Shown in pieces: positions 25,701 through 35,849 of a DNA stretch of 64,000 nt (within the stretch, counting starts at the first letter, position 1; each line of letters begins with the position of its first letter). The position numbers were made by a program, and so were the translations under genes. A model generated the notes under the pieces. The model was not told the origin of the DNA, did no database searches, and saw nothing but the letters and a program-made list of their open reading frames with translations. The DNA lies in assembly GCF_046119375.1 (NCBI RefSeq), contig NW_027362764.1, forward strand, positions 799,118,001 through 799,182,000, read 5' to 3'. Origin of the DNA: Phyllobates terribilis. Lineage: Eukaryota.

Positions 25701-26806
25701 TCTTTCTTTTTGACTAAGACTAGTGGAGCTGCCCAGGGGCTACAGCTATCCCTGATCACCCCAGCCTCCTTCATGTCTCTAAGCATCCCCTTGGCGTGTT
25801 GGTAGTGTGCAGGGGGTACGGGTCGATACCTCTCTTTTATGGGAGGATGGTCTCCCGTGGGGATGTGGTGTTCTACCCCCTTGACTCGCCCGAAGTCTAA
25901 CGGGTGTTTACTAAACACTCTCTCGTACTCTTGAACCACCCGATAGACTCCCTGTTTCTGGTGTGAGGGAGTGGAGTCAGTACCCAAATGTAGTTGCTGA
26001 CACCAGTCCTCCATTGTTTTCTTAGAGCTGTTACCTTCCTCCGGGTGAGATGGAGGCAAGGGTTCCACAGATTGTATAGCATTTTGGTTAATGGTATATA
26101 ATTTGGCTAGCGTGGCATACCGGGGCAGGTACACTTCCCTCTTCCCGATATTGATTATGCGAACGGGCACCCTCCCATGGCGTACATTAACCACCCCCCG
26201 TGCTGTCAAGATGGTGGGCCTACTGTCTGAGTAAACTGGTTCTACCATTGCCTGGTAATCTCTACCTCTCAGACCAATAGCTGCCCGGCACCAAATCATC
26301 ATTTCACTTTTTGGGGGCATGGCAATAGGGAAAGGGTCACACATTCTCACGCAACCAATCTCACCGCCGGAGAGTTCCACCTGTTGCCGTCGCATCAGTG
26401 CCCGGATCTCTTTTTGGAGCACTCGCTGCTCGCCGGAGCTGGCGTTCTTGGCAACCTGCTGTAAAAGGAAAATCACCTCTGCAAGACAATTTTCAATTAC
26501 ATTAGTTCCTAGAGTTATCTTTGGGTGACTCTCGTGTTTGTCAATGTCTACAATGATCAGTCCCTGTGCTGCCAGTTCGACTCTACCAATTTTAATGGTC
26601 ACCTCTTTAAATCCAATCTGTGGCACGGGCTGACCATTGCTGGCGATGATACTCAAGTCGTCGTCAGGGTAGCGGGTGATATCCGAGTCATTCCAGTACT
26701 GCTTGAAGAGCACGTACGGGATGGTGGTGACCTGTGACCCGGTGTCCAGTAGGGCACTCATGGGAATGCCATCCAGTACCACAGGCAAGACTGGACATCC
26801 TCCCAC
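22751..26806 (-). CDS. pol: Gypsy Pol (protease-RT-RNase H-integrase), open 1351 aa; probably made as Gag-Pol by -1 frameshift at about 26881
   Basis: LLDTGS; LDLTSGYWQ...MPFGL...YLDD; YTDAS...TDN; HHCC, LDH/TDQG/CEK (DDE). Confidence 0.97.
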   Translation of the reverse strand: MGGCPVLPVVLDGIPMSALLDTGSQVTTIPYVLFKQYWNDSDITRYPDDDLSIIASNGQPVPQIGFKEVTIKIGRVELAAQGLIIVDIDKHESHPKITLGTNVIENCLAEVIFLLQQVAKNASSGEQRVLQKEIRALMRRQQVELSGGEIGCVRMCDPFPIAMPPKSEMMIWCRAAIGLRGRDYQAMVEPVYSDSRPTILTARGVVNVRHGRVPVRIINIGKREVYLPRYATLAKLYTINQNAIQSVEPLPPSHPEEGNSSKKTMEDWCQQLHLGTDSTPSHQKQGVYRVVQEYERVFSKHPLDFGRVKGVEHHIPTGDHPPIKERYRPVPPAHYQHAKGMLRDMKEAGVIRDSCSPWAAPLVLVKKKDNTMRMCVDYRKINRITHKDAYPLPRIEESLAALRSANFFSTLDLTSGYWQVPVAEADREKTAFTTPMGLSEFTCMPFGLCNAPGTFQRLMECCLGHRNFETVLLYLDDVIVYSKTYEDHLKHLAEVFEALASYGLKVKPSKCHLLKPKVQYLGHVMSTDGVAPDPDKITAIKEWPSPSSVKEVRQFLGLVGYYRRFIPGFTKKAAPMQDLLIGQSRKAKNQKPPFKWEELEEESFRQLKMALKGDEILAYLDYSQPFILYTDASNIGLGAVLSQIQQGKERVIAYASRKLRPTERNPENYSSFKLEFLAVVWAVTERFKHYLASSRFTVYTDNNPLTHLDTARLGALEQRWMARLSNYEFTIKYRAGRSNTNADALSRMPNLPDEGEDPEGLEEVELPAFHRHGTIQYSHRVRSKQAATLNPLPHYNWAETQDSDPAVRLVKKMLTRPEACLEPDAPEEAKQLWAEKSRLFLYKGKLCRRMVNSRTHELLWQVVVPRRDAAMVMEAYHDGAGHFGWKKLEFLLRERFHWVGMRGTIEKWCRDCGPCNLRRKDRASQKTPLQSIVTRQPLELVALDHVKLTPSRSGYVYALTIVDHYSRFLVVIPVKDLTAQTAARAFQQHFCRPHGYPDQVLTDQGPAFEAEVFQEFCNLYGCRKIRTTPYHPQTNGLCEKMNQVVMDLLKTLPLEERSLWPEKLPDLVDLYNHIPVGSTNCTPAYLMRARPGKLPVDLEMGVLTPEDTSPETDWDTERQQQYRRVQESVERSLCQARERQEKTYNQYAPAVPLVPGEQVLKRKRRLHKLDDQWEKDPYTVLPSSHENPKVCTISKDGGETTAIVSRDHLKKCPEQLRNPEEEQEDHRPVEEREDMVSTVLGDFPRSWTQVNGAVVVPVLTFLQPASQAPTEQQVELEEQPVQEAEDPTPADQEDQPSACSEPAISLVSQRAGRQLPSLPLTAPTPCSSGLGSQLRRSTRATRGQLPARWRI

Positions 26807-26828
26807 ATATCTGTCGCGCCAGTTCGAT

Positions 26829-26887
26829 GGGCCTGGTGATCTTTTTCCTGGGGGTTGGCCCTCTACCCCAGGTTGTGCCCGTTTAAA
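26829..26887 (-). other. -1 ribosomal frameshift signal: U UUA AAC plus predicted H-type pseudoknot
   Basis: TTTAAAC in gag frame at 26887-26881; 8-nt spacer; CCTGGGG/CCCCAGG stem; loop GGGCC pairs with downstream GGCCC. Pol is in the -1 frame and open from this point. Confidence 0.8.
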
Positions 26888-27843
26888 GAACAGTACCTTG
26901 CCATATGTCCGAGTTGATTGCAGCGGCGGCAGATGGGTCGTCCGTCCTCGCTGTATCGGTCACTGGGTCTTCCTCTGGCCGGTGGGGTTCTCCTTGGTCG
27001 ACGCCACGGGATGTCCTCCGGTCCGGATGCCAGCTGGATCTTCCCTGGGGTGGAAACCTGTAAAGACTGCACAGTTCGGGTTAGCGCAGCAACGCTCTTA
27101 GCTAGCTCTTGGACCTGATGGTGTAGGTCTGGAGCCGGGTCATTGTCCAAAGCCTGCGCATCAGCTCCCACAGGCCCTGCCGACAAGGGCGCCGCCTCCT
27201 GGTGGTAAGTAATAGCTGGGCGCCTGTGGGTCATAACGCCACCCGGTGCCGGTTCTCGGAGCACCCGGATGGCTCTGTCCTTGAACTGTGCAAAGCCCAG
27301 ATGGGGATCCTGTAAGGCCATCGCCCGCAACTGGGTTCGGTGGGCATTACAATACAGTCCCTCTATAAATTGTTCAGTCAACAGCCTGTCCTCGTTTCCC
27401 ACTCCATAAGGGTCGGTCTGCTTAATGGCCCTCAGGGCCTCTTGTAGGTTTAGTGCATAGTCCCTTATACTCTCATGCGCTCGCTGCTTGCACCCGTAGA
27501 ATCTAAGCTTAATCTCGGCTGAGGTGCGGGTATCAAAGGTATCCTTCAGCCGGGTTAGTATCCCTGCGACAGTCTTCCTCCCAGGTGGCCAGGATTTTAC
27601 TTCCCTTTTAGCTGCCCCGGTTAGTTGGGCCACCAGGATGCTCACTTTTTGCTCTTCTGTGAGGGGGTACACCTGGAAGAGGCTATCCAGCTTTTCTCTA
27701 AAGTCATGCAGGGTATGTGACTCCCCTGAGTACTGGGGTAGCCAAGCTGCTCCCGGGATATAGGGCATGGTGAAGGGCATAACTGCAGCAGCGGTGGCGC
27801 TGGCGGGGGTTGAGGCAGTGAAGCTCTCCTCCGTATCCGACAT
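26863..27843 (-). CDS. gag: Gypsy Gag (326 aa) with CCHC zinc knuckle
   Basis: CRRCNQLGHMARYC; lies between PBS and pol. Confidence 0.93.
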   Translation of the reverse strand: MSDTEESFTASTPASATAAAVMPFTMPYIPGAAWLPQYSGESHTLHDFREKLDSLFQVYPLTEEQKVSILVAQLTGAAKREVKSWPPGRKTVAGILTRLKDTFDTRTSAEIKLRFYGCKQRAHESIRDYALNLQEALRAIKQTDPYGVGNEDRLLTEQFIEGLYCNAHRTQLRAMALQDPHLGFAQFKDRAIRVLREPAPGGVMTHRRPAITYHQEAAPLSAGPVGADAQALDNDPAPDLHHQVQELAKSVAALTRTVQSLQVSTPGKIQLASGPEDIPWRRPRRTPPARGRPSDRYSEDGRPICRRCNQLGHMARYCSLNGHNLG

Positions 27844-28214
27844 CTTCCTCCCCCCTAGTGGACCGTGGCCTACCTTGCGATGATCCTGTTCCGTAGGCCG
27901 CGGCTCCGCAGTAGATCGTCAGGGTTGAGGACCTTCCGTTGCGCTCCGGTGACGTCGGCGTCTGCTGGGCTCCTTCCAGGACCTTACGCAACGTCCGGAC
28001 GTGAGGCGGGGCTTCAGTTCTCGCGCGCTTTCGAAATCCACGCCCCTCTTCTTCCCGCGCGGCGTCCTCAAGATGGCGTCCAATGGCGGGAAAACTCCAC
28101 GGATGGCGGGAAGAAGGCCGAAGATGGCGCCGGATGGTGGGAAACCTCACCACTGGTAAGTTTGAACAGTCTTTGCTTTTCAGGCACGCAGTACCCGGTG
28201 GTTGCGGGCACGAA

Positions 28215-28232
28215 ATCCTGCCGACTACGCCA
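28215..28232 (-). other. Primer-binding site complementary to the 3' 18 nt of a vertebrate tRNA-Ser
   Basis: Plus strand ATCCTGCCGACTACGCCA equals the tRNA-Ser(AGA/TGA-type) 3' end with CCA, as recalled; 4 nt from the 5' LTR. Confidence 0.88.
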
Positions 28233-28236
28233 AAGT

Positions 28237-29241
28237 CGATGCGCCCCTGGGCCTGCTGTGTCGCGCAGCGTCTCGCGCACGGGGGCTTACCCGGAACCGG
28301 ATCAGATGAGGGTTGTAGTCTCCGAGTGGCGGGGGACCCGGTCCGTGCCCAGGGAGTCAAACTCAGTGTGTGGCAGTCTTGATAGATGTTATTTGAGTGT
28401 CGACTACGCCACCCGTTGATTTGCAGCTATGGAGCTGCCGCTGCAGGGCAGACCGCTGAGGCCGGTGTAGAATTGTGCAGCGTGATAGTATAACCCCCAA
28501 CGGGAGGGGTATGGCCTCAGGGCAGCCGACGTGGAAGATGGGGGTAGCAGGAACCACTCAGAGACGGTGCGGTGTAATTCAGGGTCTTTACTGGTAACAA
28601 CGATAGACCCTCCCGGAGTACTTGCTAGCGAACGGGGCCTGGTCAGTCCTTGAGCAGATGGGATCTCCCCTGGCCAGGCGGAGTTGTAGGCCTCCCAAAC
28701 TGACTGTACTCTTCTGGCTACCTTGCTAGAAGCGGATATAAGTAGCCCACGTCCCTGAGTGTACCGTGTGGTGCTCACCCGTATGGCCGGTGACTCGGGG
28801 CCTTCTATTGGCTTCCGCTCCACGATGGCGGTGCTGGTCCCACACGTGTGACCGTGCCTTCAGGTTTCTGGGCCTGAGGACCTGAAATCCCCTGCCGGTC
28901 GGCTTCTGCTGCTGGGTAAGAGTTAGTCCCCACAGCCTCGGACGCCGGGTCCGGTAAGAAAGCTTCTCAGTCAGGGCGAGCTCTGCAGCTGCCAGCCCCT
29001 GACTCGTAGTAGTATTGCTCCCACTGAGCTCCAGCTGTTTCCTCCTATGACTGTTTCTTGTCTCTACTCTCCTGGACTCCTAACCCTGCTTCAGCCCCGG
29101 GTTTATATAGGGGAAGTTCTTCCCCTCCCAAGACTGGGCAGGAGGTGTGGCATGCACAGGATCCCTGACCAAAGGACCTCCCACCTGCTCTCAGACATAA
29201 CATCTCTATCACTGTGGCAACCAGACCCCTGGGGTGTCACA
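28237..29241 (-). repeat. 5' LTR of the Gypsy element
   Basis: Direct repeat of 21386-22390; only four substitutions noticed by eye. Confidence 0.95.
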
Positions 29242-29245
29242 CTAC

Positions 29246-31755
29246 CGTCTACAGCGCATGATACAAGCTCTTGTTCTTCCTCCTCTTCCTCTCCCTCATT
29301 GTCCCCCAATGCACGTTGGGATGAGATGAGGCTGGGCTGTGTGTAATCGCCCGCTACGGCATCTTTATCCATCTCATCATACTCTGGCTGCAATGCCTCC
29401 TCTTTAATTCTCTGCAGAGAACGTTGCAAAAGACAGACAAGTGGGATGCTGACGCTAATGATGGCGTCATCGCCACTCACCATCTTGGTGGACTCCTCAA
29501 AGTTTGTCAGGATGGTACATATGTCAGACATCCAGGTCCACTCCTGCGGTCTTATGTGTGGAGTCTGACCTGAATATCGACGGCCTTGTTGCAGCTGGTA
29601 CTCCACAACTGCTCTCTTCTGCTCACATATCCTTTGCAACATGTGGAGGGTAGAGTTCCAACGTGAGGGGACATCACACACCAGTCGGTGTGCCAGAAGT
29701 TGCAAACGCTGCTGCAACACAGCAAGGGCGGAGGAAGCAGTAGCCGACTTCCGAAAATGAGCTGACAGGAGGCGTACTTTGACAAGCAGATCTGGCAACT
29801 CGGGGTACGATTTAAGAAACCGCTGAACCACGAGGTTAAGCACATGAGCCAGGCATGGTACGTGTGTGATCTCACCTCGCCTCAGAGCCGCCACCAGGTT
29901 ACGGCCATTGTCACACACGACCATGCCTGGATGTAGGTTCAGTGGTCCCAGCCACAGATCTGCCAGCTCTTTCACAGCTGTCCACAACTCACAAGCAGTG
30001 TGAGGTTTATCACCTAAGCTTATGAGTTTCAGCACAGCCTGTTGCCGCTTGGCGGAGGCAGTACTGCAGTGCTTCCAGCTTGTAACTGATGTGGTGATAT
30101 CTGAGATGGAGGCTGAATATGAGGAGGAGGATGTTGCGCAGGAGCTGTACACTGTGGGGGAACTCTGACTGACATAGGGCCCGCAATCCTCGGTGTGGGG
30201 AGGATGTGTTCCATCCCAAGGTCCGACTGGGTCCCGGCTTCCACTATGTTTACCCAGTGTGCCATCAGGGAGATGTACCGTCCCTGGCCATAAGCACTTG
30301 TCCACGTGTCCGTTGTCAGGTGGACTCTCCCAGTAACTGCGTTGTTGAGGCACGGCAGATGTTTTGGGACACGTGCTTATGTAGTGTGGGGATGGCACAC
30401 CCGGCAAAATAGTGTCGGCTGAGGACCGAGTACCGAGGGACAGCCACCGCCATAAGGTTGCGGAAGGATTCCGTCTCCACCAGCCTAAAAGGCAGCATTT
30501 CCCACGCAAGCAGTCGTGAAATGTGCGAATTTAGGACTGTGGCCTGTGGGGCGTTGGCTGCGAATTTCCGCTTTCATTCAAAGCTCTGGGATATGGACAA
30601 TTGAACGCAGCGGTGGGTCGTGGACGTGGACGTTGATGCTGTTTCTTGAGAAACTGCCATAACAAGTGAAGACGGAGTGGAGGGGGCATCTTTGCATGCA
30701 GTATGGACAGGGGATTGCCTTGCACACACAACAGGGGGTTCGATTACACGCACAACAGCGGAAGAAGCAGTGGTGACACCCGCTGACACTGGTCGTGGAC
30801 CCTGGGGTTCGCCCCACAAAGTCGGGTGCTTTGCTGCCATGTGCCTGATCATGCTGGTGGTGGTCAGGCTGGTAGTTTTGTCACCCCTGCTGATGCTGGC
30901 ATGGCAGGTGGTACAAATGGCCTTTTTGGGGTTATCAGCAGAGTCTTTAAAAAAATTCCAGACTCTGGAAGACCTACAGGTTGTACTGGCAACGTCCCTC
31001 GTGTTGGTGTTACGGGGAACGGTTGCCTGCCTTCTGTCTGCGGCCACCACACTGCTTCTTCCTGCCTGTTGGGGTACTCTGCCTCCCTCCCCCCGTGTGC
31101 TGCTGTCCTCACTCTGCATGTCCTCCTGCCACGTTGGGTCAGTTACTAGATCATCCACCACCTCCTCCTCTTCCACTTGCACACCACGATCCTCCTCCTC
31201 ACTTCGTGGCAATTGTGTCTCGTCATCGTCCACCTCTTGTGACAAATTGCCAGCGTCGACTTCATGTGGCCGTGGCTGTTCAAATATTTGGCCATCGCTA
31301 CATGGGATCTCCTCTTCCACCACTTCAAGCGTAGCAGGCGAGGGGCACAAATATGGAAATGGACCAGTGAACAGCTCTTCAGAGTGTCCAAGTGTGGGAT
31401 CAGTTGCTGTCTGACGACACTCGGCATGGTGGGAGGAAGGAGCATCAGGTTGAGGAGGAGTATGCGGTTGAGACTCACGGCTACTAAAACTTGACCGTGT
31501 GGAAGACAGACCGGAGGTGGTGGTGCCCAGGTAACTGGAAGTATTATCTGCTATCCAATTAATAACCTGTTCACACTGATCAGTTCGCAATACTGGTGTT
31601 GTTCTGTGCTTCCCTAGTAATTCGGTCAAGAAGTGGGAGCAAGAAGATGTGGCTGTTGGTTGTGGCACATTTTCACCTTGGCCACGGCCCCGTCCTCTGC
31701 ACGCACCATCACCAGAACGTCCAGTTCCACGTTCCTTGCCACGCTCCTTGCCCAT
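29246..31755 (-). pseudogene. BED-finger hAT transposase of element B (stop at 30574-30576, two frameshifts, split by Gypsy, C-terminus deleted at about 21270)
   Basis: VWNFF...AICTTCH...SMIRHMAAKHP (BED); MLPFRLVE..SFR; VCDNGRN; CLAHVLNLVV; RWNSTLHML. Continues at 21381-21270. Confidence 0.92.
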
Positions 31756-31814
31756 TGTAAATGAAGTAAAATAGCTTACACTCGCACTATCAATGGAAAA
31801 AGGGTAACAAAAAG

Positions 31815-32060
31815 GAGATTAGAACCGTGGAAGAGGAAAACCACAGTTCTATTTCTCTGGCCTACACCAGAATCTCTTAAACAGATGTATTGGTGTCTGA
31901 ACAGTCAGGGAGACACTATTACTGTTTTTTTTTACGGAAAAAAGGCCAAAAGCTGGATAATACTGAGATTTGAACCGTGGAAGAGGAAAACCACAGTTCT
32001 ATTTTTCTGGCCGAAACCAGACTACAGATATATTTGTGTCTGAACAGTCACAGACACTCA
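31815..32060. repeat. Two-copy direct repeat (period 150 bp) upstream of the hAT ORF
   Basis: GAACCGTGGAAGAGGAAAACCACAGTTCTATTT at about 31822 and 31972. Confidence 0.75.
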
Positions 32061-35000
32061 ATTTTGTTATTTTTTGGGGGGGGAATACCAAAAGGTTAAT
32101 AAGACGCGTATTTGTACAGTCTGATTGAGGAAAAAAAAAATACAGGATTTAGATTAAAAAAAAGATTTTTCCTGGCCCCTGAGACCGGGGGATAAGTCTA
32201 GCAATTTGACCAACAGGAGCAGCACATAGGACTGTAATGCAGCGTTTGCTGGTATAACCACTGCGTCTCCTATACAGCCTGCCTGCCTGCCTGCCTGATA
32301 TCTGGGATGGATATTAGTCCTGAGAAGGACTGTTTGTTTGATCTGGCAGCCTTTACAGACCCTACACTAACTATTTTGCAGGATATATCTCTCCCTAAAT
32401 CAGCAGCGCTGTCCCTACACTGTCTAATCCGGAGCGACTGTGTCCAAGAATGCGGCGCCCGGTTTTAAATACTCGAGGTGACGCTGTGCGGCCAGCCAAT
32501 CACTGTAATGCCCACAAACAACATGGCTGCAGCATTACAGTGACTGGCTGGCAATCCTTGCATGTTCATTGGCTCTGTAAAGAGCGCCAAACATGCAGGG
32601 CGGAGACCCGAGCTCCCGCCCGAGTAACCCGGAAATGCTCGCCGAACATCCCGAGTAGTGAGATGCTCGCTCAACACTAATGGCGAACCGTGACTTTTCG
32701 GTTCGGCTAATTGGGCCGAACACCGAACAGTTTTTTAAAAGTTGGGTTGGGGTAATAGAACAGTACCCGAACACGGACTCCGTTCATGTGAATCGGGGAC
32801 CTGATGATATGATCTCCAATCCTGCCCCATCTGTCCCCATATTGCACTTTCAGTACCAGAAAAGTTTTTTCTTTACCTGTCCACTGTCCAGAGGCGCCCG
32901 GCTCTCCCTGATCCATTTGAGGCGCGGACGCATCAGAGCATGACAGTGACATCGTACGCTGGCCTGTGATTCCTGTGCGGCTTCCCAAGCAGGGCTGGAC
33001 TCCGACTCCCTCATACACGGCTCATGTGTAAGTGATAAATTTACTGCAGCACAGATATTAGTAGTATTACACAGATGATTGAAGTATCATCAAGGCACCA
33101 GGAATTCTCTCACCTGTGTAATACTAAGGAGATCCTGAAAACATGACCTGTGGGGGGCCGTGAGGATGGGGTTTGGGAAACACTACTCTAGACCCTTAGA
33201 TCAGGTATAGGACAGACATTTATAGGACATTTCAGAACTTTAGTTTAAGAGTCGGTCCATTTTATATCGGCTCTGACTCCACAGCTCTGTTCCCGAGGAC
33301 GCACGTTCAGTCACTGAAAAAGCAGGATTCTACCACTGGGGCCCGGTGGGCAGAAGAGCGGGGGTCCGACTGAGTATTTTACATCAGTATTTGTAGCCAA
33401 AACAAGGAGTGGAATCAGAGGAAAAGTATAATAGAAACTCATCACCGCTTCTGTTTTTCAGTATTTGGAAACCAAAACCCGATGTTATCTGTGTAAGGCC
33501 ACGTTTATATGAGCGACTCCGTGTGGTGACCGTACCCAGCACGTTTTCTACCAGGGAGACGAGCGATGTGTCCTGTGATCTGCTGAGGTCTGGGGTGAAC
33601 ACCTGGAAATGAGGAGTCGCAGGAGCACGGACACTATAGAGTTAAGTGGTGAAGGAAACATTCATCGGGGATTGGCTGGTTTCTGTGGGCGGGGCTTTCT
33701 ACAATAAATTTTTTCTGGCAGTTTTTAACCCCTTAATAACATCTGACGTACTAATACGCGTCTGTGCCCTGGGACTTAAGAGCCAGACCCGTATTAGTAC
33801 GTCATCGCGATCGCGCGCGCACACAGGCTGTGCGGGCGCGATCGCCGCCGGGTGTCAGCTGATTGTCACAGCTGACACCCGGTACTATGTGCAGGGAGCG
33901 GTCACGCACCGCTCCCAGCACATTAACCCCCGCGATGCTGCGATCGAAGTCGATCGAAGTCGATCGCGGCATTGCGGGGGCAAGGGGAGGTGATCGGCGA
34001 TACTCACCTCCTCTTCCGGCTTCCAGCGCAGTCTGCAAAGGCTTCCCGGGTGTTGCCATGACGACCCGATGTCGTCATGACAACATCCGGGTCACCAGAG
34101 AGCAGGAAGATTGCTTGGACATGCGCAGTGCATCTCCAAGCAATCTTCACACTGTGCACTTCTGACAGCCTTCATGGCATAGGGATGGTGCTCCATTCCT
34201 GTGCCATGCAGGCGATCAGAAAAAAAAAAAGTGAAAGTCCCAGAGTGGGACAAAGTAATAAAGTGTATAAACTGTGTGAAAGTGGAAAAAAAAAAAAAAA
34301 AAATGTGCAAAAATATTATAAAAAAATAAAAAAAATAATACACCAAAAATAAAAATATAATGTACCCATCAATAAATATTATTATAAAAAAAATAAAAAA
34401 AAAACAATAAAAGTACACATATTTGGTATCGCCGCGTCCGGAACAACCTGACCTATAAAACTGTCCCACTAGTTAACCCCTTCAGTGAACATGGTAAAAA
34501 AAAAAAAAAAAAAAACCAAGCAAAAAACAATGCTTTATCACCATACCGCCAAACAAAAAGTGGAATAACACGCGATCAAAAAGACGCATATAAATAAAAA
34601 TGATACCGCTGAAAACGTCATCTCGTCCCGCAAAAAACAAGCCACCATATAGCTCCATCAGCCGAAAAATAAAAAAGTTATAGCTCTCAGAATAAAGCGA
34701 TACTAAAAAATATTTTTTTCTATAAAATAGCTTTTATTGTGTATAAGCGCCAAAACATAGAAAAATGATACAAATGTGGTACCGCTGTAAACGTACTGAC
34801 CCGAAGAGTAAAGCTGCCTCATCAATTTTACCACACGCGGAACAGAATAAAAAAAAAAAAAAAAAAAACAATTCCTGAATTGTTGGTTTTTGTTTATTCT
34901 GCCTCCCAAAAATCGGAATAGAAAGCGATCAAAAAATGTCACGTGCCTGAAAATGGCACCAATAACAACGTCAAGTCATCCCGCAAAAAACGAGCCGTCA

Positions 35001-35212
35001 CATGACTGTCTGCCAAAATCTGGAAAAATTATAGCTCTCAAAATATGGCGATGCAAAAACTAGATTTTACAAAAAATGCGTCTTTTAGTGTGTGACAGCT
35101 GTCAGTCATAAAAACCCCATATGATTCTGGCATTGCTGTAATCACACCGACCCGAAGAATAAAGTCGTCTAATCACTTATACCGCACAAGGAACGGCGTC
35201 AAAAATAAACTC

Positions 35213-35403
35213 TTGGGTTAGGATTGGGCTAGGGTTAGGGCTGGGTTTGGGGCTAGGGTTCTGCTGGGGCTAGGGTTGTGCTGGGGCTAGGGTTGTGCTG
35301 GGGCTAGGGTTGTGCTGGGGCTAGGGTTGTGCTGGGGCTAGGGTTGTGCTGGGGCTAGGGTTGTACTAGGGCTAGGGTTGTGCTAGGGTTAGGGCTGGGG
35401 TTG
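35213..35403 (+). repeat. G-rich 17-bp repeat (CTGGGGCTAGGGTTGTG) with TTAGGG/CTAGGG variants
   Basis: Read directly. Confidence 0.85.
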
Positions 35404-35448
35404 GGATTTTTTTTCAAAAGTAAGAAAAAAAGATGACGATATGGCGAC

Positions 35449-35748
35449 TAGTGTTGAGAGCAAGTGCTCGCTACTTGAGTTTGCATCGGGTGCTCTGGTA
35501 TGCATTTAGTATCGTGGGTATTTGAGTGACATGCTCGAGTCTCTGCCCCATATGCTTCGCGGCCAAAAAACTTTACGGGGATTGCCTGCCATGCACGAGC
35601 GATCCCCGCATGTTTTTTTTTGGGTGTCTAATAACCGTGAAACATGCGGAGCAGGGACTCGAGCATGTCACTCGAGCACACGCTGTACATGGTGCATACC
35701 TGAGTACCCGATGCAAACTCAAGTAGCGAGCACTTGCGCTCAAGAATA
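35449..35748. mobile_element. 300-bp MITE with TAGTGTTGAG-type terminus and about 50-bp terminal inverted repeats
   Basis: GCAAGTGCTCGCTACTTGAGTTTGCATCGGGT / ACCCGATGCAAACTCAAGTAGCGAGCACTTGC; flanks match only 5/8. Confidence 0.7.
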
Positions 35749-35849
35749 ATGAAAACTTATTCAATATGATGACCTAACGTAAACAAATAATGTGCCGTAC
35801 CTCTGGGTTCAAAATGTTCACTATACACCTTAATAAAATCTTTGAGGGG

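Larger units (their letters stand above)
21386..29241 (-). mobile_element. Full-length Ty3/Gypsy LTR retrotransposon (7856 bp), 4-bp TSD CTAC
   Basis: Two 1005-bp LTRs, PBS, PPT, gag and pol. CTAC at 21382-21385 and 29242-29245; the hAT reading frame rejoins across the site. Confidence 0.97.
18013..32679 (-). mobile_element. hAT element B (near full length, internally deleted, interrupted by Gypsy), inverted relative to A
   Basis: Termini TAGTGATGAGCGAGCA (18013) and TGCTCGCTCAACACTA (to 32679). 18013-21270 mirrors A. Flanks do not form a TSD. Confidence 0.8.

Noticed and set aside
28205-28232. Possible tRNA-Ser gene
   Set aside because: Only the 3' 18 nt including CCA are present, next to the LTR. 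This is a primer-binding site.
32680-35448. ATGGCGAA after element B and ATGGCGAC before the 35449 MITE as a split TSD
   Set aside because: The order is wrong for a TSD, and the MITE lies inside a separately mobilised TTAA element. Treated as coincidence or target preference.
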